Made by a program: the position numbers and the translations under genes | Origin: Elsinoe ampelina | Lineage: Eukaryota | Direction: 5' to 3' | Length of the DNA: 64,000 bases | NCBI GenBank assembly: GCA_010093995.1 | Contig: ML992513.1 | Location: 493,203 to 557,202 of the forward strand | The notes under the pieces: model-generated | Seen by the model: only the letters and a program-made list of their open reading frames with translations | What the model was told of the DNA's origin: nothing | Databases searched by the model: none | Shown: positions 58,659 to 64,000 of the stretch, piece by piece | How the letters are laid out: every line of letters starts with the position of its first letter | How positions within the stretch are numbered: the stretch's first letter is position 1

Positions 58659-59684
58659 GGCTTCGTGGCCAGGCTGGCACTCGTCTTGACATGGTCGTTG
58701 TTACAGCATGTTCGAATATGTGTGGTAAACCAAGCGAGATAATCAGTGATACGAGGGAGCAATAAGACTGACGGGAAAGAGAAGAGGACTTCACACCTAG
58801 GTAGCGAGCAGATGACCATGAAAGGTTCACGTGCGTGGCTCACAGATGGCTCATCTTCCCTGGTCTGTCTCTCTTTTTGAGCCATGGATTTCGTGCCACC
58901 GCTGTCTGATCCCTACTCTCTTTCTCCGGCTAACATGCCCTCACGTTTGTTTCGTCAGCCCTTCCAGTCTGTCGAGCTACGGTGGTCTGACAAGCGGTCT
59001 ACGGACTGTGTCATCCTCGTGATCCATCATGGTTCGCGCAGCTCTTCCTTCGTTGCAGATTTTCAGGACGGCCACTTGGCAAAGTCGCCTCAGCCGTGCT
59101 TCCCCAGGGACACATTCCGATACCTGAACATCAGTGTCCTTCTCCAGACCCGCGTTGCAGGGTCTCATTGACATGCTCAAGCTACTTCGACCAGCTGTCA
59201 TTGATAACCTTGCCTTGCCGCCAATCAGAGAAATCTTGTAACATACAATCCATTCTCCAACTCTACCACGTCACACAGAATATCATCCATGCGATGCTTG
59301 CCGCTCGCCCTACTTTCGGCGGCACCGCTCGGAGACGGGGCAGCGCGAAGTAGTTGCTTCAAATGCGACTCTTCTCGATGCTGTAGACCCACTGGCCTCG
59401 AAGGAATAGCGTCTTGACGGAACATCCTCCTCAGGTGGGATGCTGTGAACCTCCGACTTGGCCACTTGACGTTCCAAGGCATCCTTGCGGATGTTGGCCA
59501 CGTACGGATCACATCAGTATTCCTTCCATATGTACCCTCATGCCACATAGACACGTCCTACGCATTGTCCACTCATGGCCATGTTAAAGACCCCAATCAT
59601 TCCTGTCAAGGTTCAGAATTCGTTATCAAGCAAACTTCCCTTTCCGCCTCTTCTAAACTTCCATGACCCCATTTGACTAACAAT

Positions 59685-61331
59685 ATGGTTACCACTCGGC
59701 AGACTCTGACCCTATTGGCCCTGGTGGCCCACATTTACGCTCTACCCGCCAACTCCCTTGCTCGACGCGCTCTCGATGATGGAGGGTGCGCGGGCTGTAC
59801 CAGTCAGCCGGCACCTTCTTCTAAGGACGACATGGGCATGTTTGGACCCATCGACCAGTCAATGGTGCAACGCTCGACCCCAGCTGGGGGTATGACTGTG
59901 AGTGAGGGCAAAGACACCTTGTACTGGAAGCGCCAATCTGGTGGAGAACAGTATGGCGGACAGACCGGAGAACAAGCATGGGATCCTCAAGCTGCCAAGT
60001 CAGAAGAGTTGAAGGCAAAGAACGACTACGCCAACAGCATGGTAGAGGGCCAAGTCGAATCAGCCATGATGGCCAAGGCCGGCCAGATCATGCCTTTTGC
60101 CATGGCACAAGCGGGCCTCCGCAAACGGGCTGGGCCGCAGGACGGTCAGACTGGTGGCGGAGTCGAAGACGTCGAAAGACTATCAATGAACAAGGAAGCA
60201 CATGTCGCCAGTCTGAAATCGACAATGGATGCGGACGAGATGCCGCCGTACGACCCGGCGACCGATCCCGCCATCGTTACCGATCCCTCCCAGGCTATGG
60301 TAGATCCTGCCATGGTCGCCGATCCCTCCCAGGCTACAGGCTCTGTATACAGAAAGCGGCAATTCGATGATTTCGGTTTTCTACCTGCCGAGCCAGAAAC
60401 ACCCGGAGGAGTAGGCGATGTGGAGAGACTGTCTATGAACAAGGAGGCCCATGTCGCCAGTCTCAGGGCTACCGTGGACCAAGACGAGATGCCACCGCCA
60501 CCACCACTTGCGCTAGAAGATGCGGGAGCCCCTTTGACGCCCACCACTCAGGCAGTCAAACGCGATGCGCCGTATTACCCAGAGCAACCCGACATGAAGG
60601 ACTACTATAAAGAGCAGACAATGAACACCAAGCTGGGCACCAAACTGACCGGACAACAAATGGAAGCCATGTACGGTAAAACACCAAAGGCTCCGGATCA
60701 GAACTCGGGCGCAACAACAACTGGCACTGCTCTGATGTATGGCCAGGACATGCGAAAGCGCGAGGAACCAATGACCCAGGAGCAAAAGGACTGCGTTGAG
60801 AGTTCCAAGAACTTGATGGCGTCGGGAGGCTGGGCTGGTAAGGGCAGCCCTTGCGACAGCTTGTTTCCCGAAAGGCAGCAGTTTATGAAGCGCCATCACG
60901 ACGATGAGTCGCAGTAGGTATCATTGCCTTACTACACTCTCCAGAGCCAAAACTGACGTTGGATTAGACACCGTCGCCGCAACCTCCTGGGTGACGAAGA
61001 CTGCAGCTACGCCGGCTGGAAGGGTATCGGGCCTCCTCCCGGCTGTGACGGTCCCAAAAACCCGATCGCGGCCATGACGAAGCAGGACGAGGATCCTCTC
61101 AAGCTCGGCGGGACTGAGTTTGACCAGCCAATCATCGCGAAGCGGTTTGTAGAGCCAGGTTTGGGACTGGTTCAGAGCCCAGAGCAGAGGAAGCAGGACA
61201 AGATTCTGGAGAAGCTCAACGGCAAAGGCCAGGACGACGAGTTCCAGACTCAGGTCATGAGGCGAGAGGCACCCGAGCCGACTTTCTCTCCAAAGTACCA
61301 CTACGCTGGTGGACGTCCCATTTTGCCTTGA
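59685..61331 (+). CDS. Secreted putative Kex2-processed polyprotein / peptide precursor (530 aa); intron 60914-60967
   Basis: Signal peptide MVTTRQTLTLLALVAHIYA; ten dibasic sites; internal repeats. The GTAGGT..ACTGAC..TAG intron joins the 414-aa ORF to the 61074-61331 ORF in frame. Confidence 0.85.
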
Positions 61332-61424
61332 ACATTGGCCAAAACTTTGCTTAGTTGAACACAACCATTTGAATTTCAGGTCCTGCATTTGCTACATTGA
61401 GTAGAGTAGCCGCAACGTATGTGA

Positions 61425-62688
61425 TCACTGCAGGCGTGCGATAGCGTCACTGTAGGCCCTCTCAAAGACAGGCCAGTACTCCTCTAGCAGCCATTTTGTT
61501 TGGGAGCGGAGCGCCGACAGCAGTCTGTACGCGCTCACCAGGTCAATGGTGCCCATATCGACGCGAAGCACAGGCCCGACGGATAGGTGTTCTCCAGATG
61601 GCATGGGGAATGTCAAGAAAGGCTCCCACTTGTGTCCCACCACCACCCATCCCAGATGAACGATCTTCTCCAAGCTCGCGAAGGTCGGAAGCTGCCCACC
61701 AGCGGTAGTGGTCAAGTATTTCGCGTGACAAAGGGCAGCAGAGTGCCATGTCCCAATCTGCGTGCGCGCATCTAGATGATCCCCACCCTCTCTTTTGACT
61801 TCTACCGTGCATTGAAGAGGGAGCTTAGAAGCGAAGCGGTCCACAGAATGAGACAGAGCGAGCGAGTCGTTGGTGCCGGGCAACTGTGAAATTGAATTTA
61901 GTGCCTTGACACGGTCGGATTTCCTGTGAAATGCCAGAGAAAAGTCGGATTTCTTGGCCGGAATGCGAGCATCACTGTCTCCCGTGTGTGATGAATCAGC
62001 GAATGGTAACCATATGCTGGCCGGCGCCTGGCTCCGGCTCATATTTGTCAGTTTGGTACTCATTCTGCAAACGCGTGTACTTCACTTACATATCCATGAG
62101 CTCGAAGTCTTGGCTACGCGGCTGTATGGCTAGGCGTAACATTGAACTAGCGATTTCGCACCAAGCTGCCTCGTCTTGTCCGTCGTCGCTACAATCTGAT
62201 GCGTTCTCGCAGATTGCTTGAAGTTGCGCCAGATCAGTGTCAGGCAGGTCAGAATCGAAAAGGTCATCAGCGAGCTGGAATTCATCTGCATCACTGCTCG
62301 AGATCTTCTCCCTCAGCGATTCAGGCAGGAATCGATGCTTGGTTGCTTCGACCAATAGCTTGCGCGCCTCTGCAGCAGGACCGGTCGGGATATCCGCTTT
62401 CGACATGGAGAGAATTGTGGATGGAGATCCTTTTCTAAGCGAATCTTTCTGCTTGACTGGACTTGTTGATCTCGAGCGCGCGCGTCGCTCTGGGGAGATA
62501 GTGTACGCCCTGCTGAACGGAGGTGGCAGCGCTGGTGCGCTGTGCTGAGGAGTCGTGTTGTCCATTTTGGCGTGTTTATGCCCGGGGCGTGGCGAGTATT
62601 GACCAAGGCAAGATTTACGCTTCCTTGGGCGACCTCTCGAGATATCGGTATCAACATCGACGTCGGTAGGCGGAGTTGGGATGTCCAT
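61425..62688 (-). CDS. Fungal PD-(D/E)XK nuclease-like domain protein; intron 62038-62089
   Basis: Disordered basic N-terminus (RSRSTSPVK), DEAAWC, KKSDFSL, catalytic-type VEVK, QIGTWHSA, VVVGHKW, final W..EYWP helix. Pattern matches the fungal PDDEXK-like family as recalled, not searched. Confidence 0.75.
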
Positions 62689-62715
62689 GTTGAGTATTGA
62701 GGAAGGAAGGCAGGG

Positions 62716-63465
62716 ATGGCAACATGCGGGATGAATCCGACCGAGGTCAGGGTAGTCGCCGATCCTTGGCACGCGAGAGCCGAAGGGCTCGCAAAGCAGC
62801 CCGCGAATGGGGATGGATACCTGAAGACCATGGCCGCTTCATCTGCACCTCTGCCAGCAGGCATTTCATGCGCCCTCAACATACGTCTCTTCGATGGCAC
62901 TTCAATACGCTCCAAATTCAGTGCCGATGCAACCCTCACCACATCCGTCCGCACATTTGTCACTGAGAACTCCTCGACTGATATCCCCTACAACTTCCGC
63001 ATCATGGATCTACCAAAGCCAGCACGGACAATCGAGATATCGGAAGAAAACCAGTCGCTCAGAGAGCTCGGATTATGTCCAAATGCTACACTGGTCCTCG
63101 TTCCAGTCCGGGACTTCACCGATGCTTATGCCTCGCAAGGAGCTGCTGGAGTGGTCAATAAGGGGCTTCATCTCGGCTACAACGTCGCCTACGGAGCCTT
63201 CAGCATCGTCGGTGGCATATTCAGCAAAGTCACAGGATATCAGGTTACTGAAGAAGCTGCTGAAGGCCCATATATTGCCAGAACAGGGGATAATCCGAAC
63301 CACCTCGTCTCTCAGAAGGATGGAAAGAGATCAGAGCAGCTGGCGACACCGACCCCTGGTATCAAAATCACGACACTCAAGGATCAAAAGGGCAAGCAGC
63401 CTGCCGAGGAGTTCTACAATGGCAATACGACAAACGTGGAGCCTCGCCCGGACGATCAGAAGTAA
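62716..63465 (+). CDS. UBX-domain protein matching only the C-terminal half of Ubx7/UBXN4-type proteins (possibly a truncated copy or pseudogene)
   Basis: CALNIRLFDGTSIRSKF, EENQSLRELGLCPNATLVLVP, a hydrophobic segment, and the I.TL.D and FYNGN..VEP terminal motifs. Confidence 0.75.
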   Translation: MATCGMNPTEVRVVADPWHARAEGLAKQPANGDGYLKTMAASSAPLPAGISCALNIRLFDGTSIRSKFSADATLTTSVRTFVTENSSTDIPYNFRIMDLPKPARTIEISEENQSLRELGLCPNATLVLVPVRDFTDAYASQGAAGVVNKGLHLGYNVAYGAFSIVGGIFSKVTGYQVTEEAAEGPYIARTGDNPNHLVSQKDGKRSEQLATPTPGIKITTLKDQKGKQPAEEFYNGNTTNVEPRPDDQK

Positions 63466-64000
63466 TCTAATTTTATGAAGAATACACGATGTATCTCTGG
63501 TCTTTGGCTCTCCTCCTGGTCTATACCATTGCAATGTTTGATTGTTAACTGATCAGCTGGCTCATCAAATGTGTACAAGTTGATTGGATGAACAGAAGGT
63601 ATGTAGCAAACTGGTGGCAAGCATTGTGTTGCCTTCTCGCAGGCGAATATCCTTTCCTTGGAGCAAACCCTATCACTCTGGATGATCCTGTACGGCTCTC
63701 TTACGCTTCATCATACCACCTCCACAGACCTTGTGGTGCCCTTCGACACAGGCAATCCCGATGCCACCCCTGATGGCTATGCCTTAGCACTCTTCCTTTG
63801 AATCTTCCCAGTCTCCATATACCGCTTCGCAATAAAGTGCACCGTCGCCTTTCCTGTTTGCCACATCATCGCCTTGGCGGATCACATGCTCGAGTGCCAC
63901 GTCTATCATTCGTCATTGGCGCACTGTCTATGGCTTCATTTGGGTTAGTGCCAAGCGAAGCTACTTAACTTCACTTTGTGAACTTCTCTTTTCTCTTCTC

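Noticed and set aside
57654..58742. 362-aa plus-strand ORF
   Set aside because: Antisense to the mitochondrial carrier gene; its composition reflects the C-to-G skew block.
58830..59560. Possible decayed minus-strand gene upstream of the peptide precursor
   Set aside because: Protein-like fragments but many stops in the frames examined and no identifiable family.
1..64000. tRNA/rRNA genes, CRISPR arrays, intact transposons, telomeric repeats, AT-rich RIP blocks
   Set aside because: None recognised by eye; small ncRNAs cannot be excluded without covariance-model searches.

Overview
Gene-dense, intron-containing genomic DNA from a filamentous ascomycete. Short GT-AG introns with CTRAC branch sites and Pezizomycotina-type proteins support this; a Dothideomycete is likely but is inferred only. 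About 30 protein-coding loci are supported. Housekeeping genes include annexin C4, phytoene desaturase, MIX17, MRP2, NOP6, C1D/Rrp47, Rac, a PTC5-like PP2C, FSH1, RPN5, CMS1, SHY1, SPT16, RSM22, CK1/HRR25, a SET methyltransferase and a mitochondrial carrier. They are interspersed with secreted or orphan genes and two clear pseudogenes (a choice-of-anchor-B-like protein and a tannase). No RNA genes, CRISPR arrays or intact transposons were recognised. Main observations: (1) a 530-aa secreted, putatively Kex2-processed polyprotein with ten dibasic sites, a duplicated peptide and two related Cys-pair peptides; (2) about nine recurring C-rich-to-G-rich strand-skew switches that ignore gene orientation; (3) an atypical class-I photolyase-like protein with substitutions in the CPD pocket and Trp triad; (4) a PD-(D/E)XK nuclease-like gene head-to-head with a truncated UBX gene. 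All calls come from reading the sequence; no searches were run.
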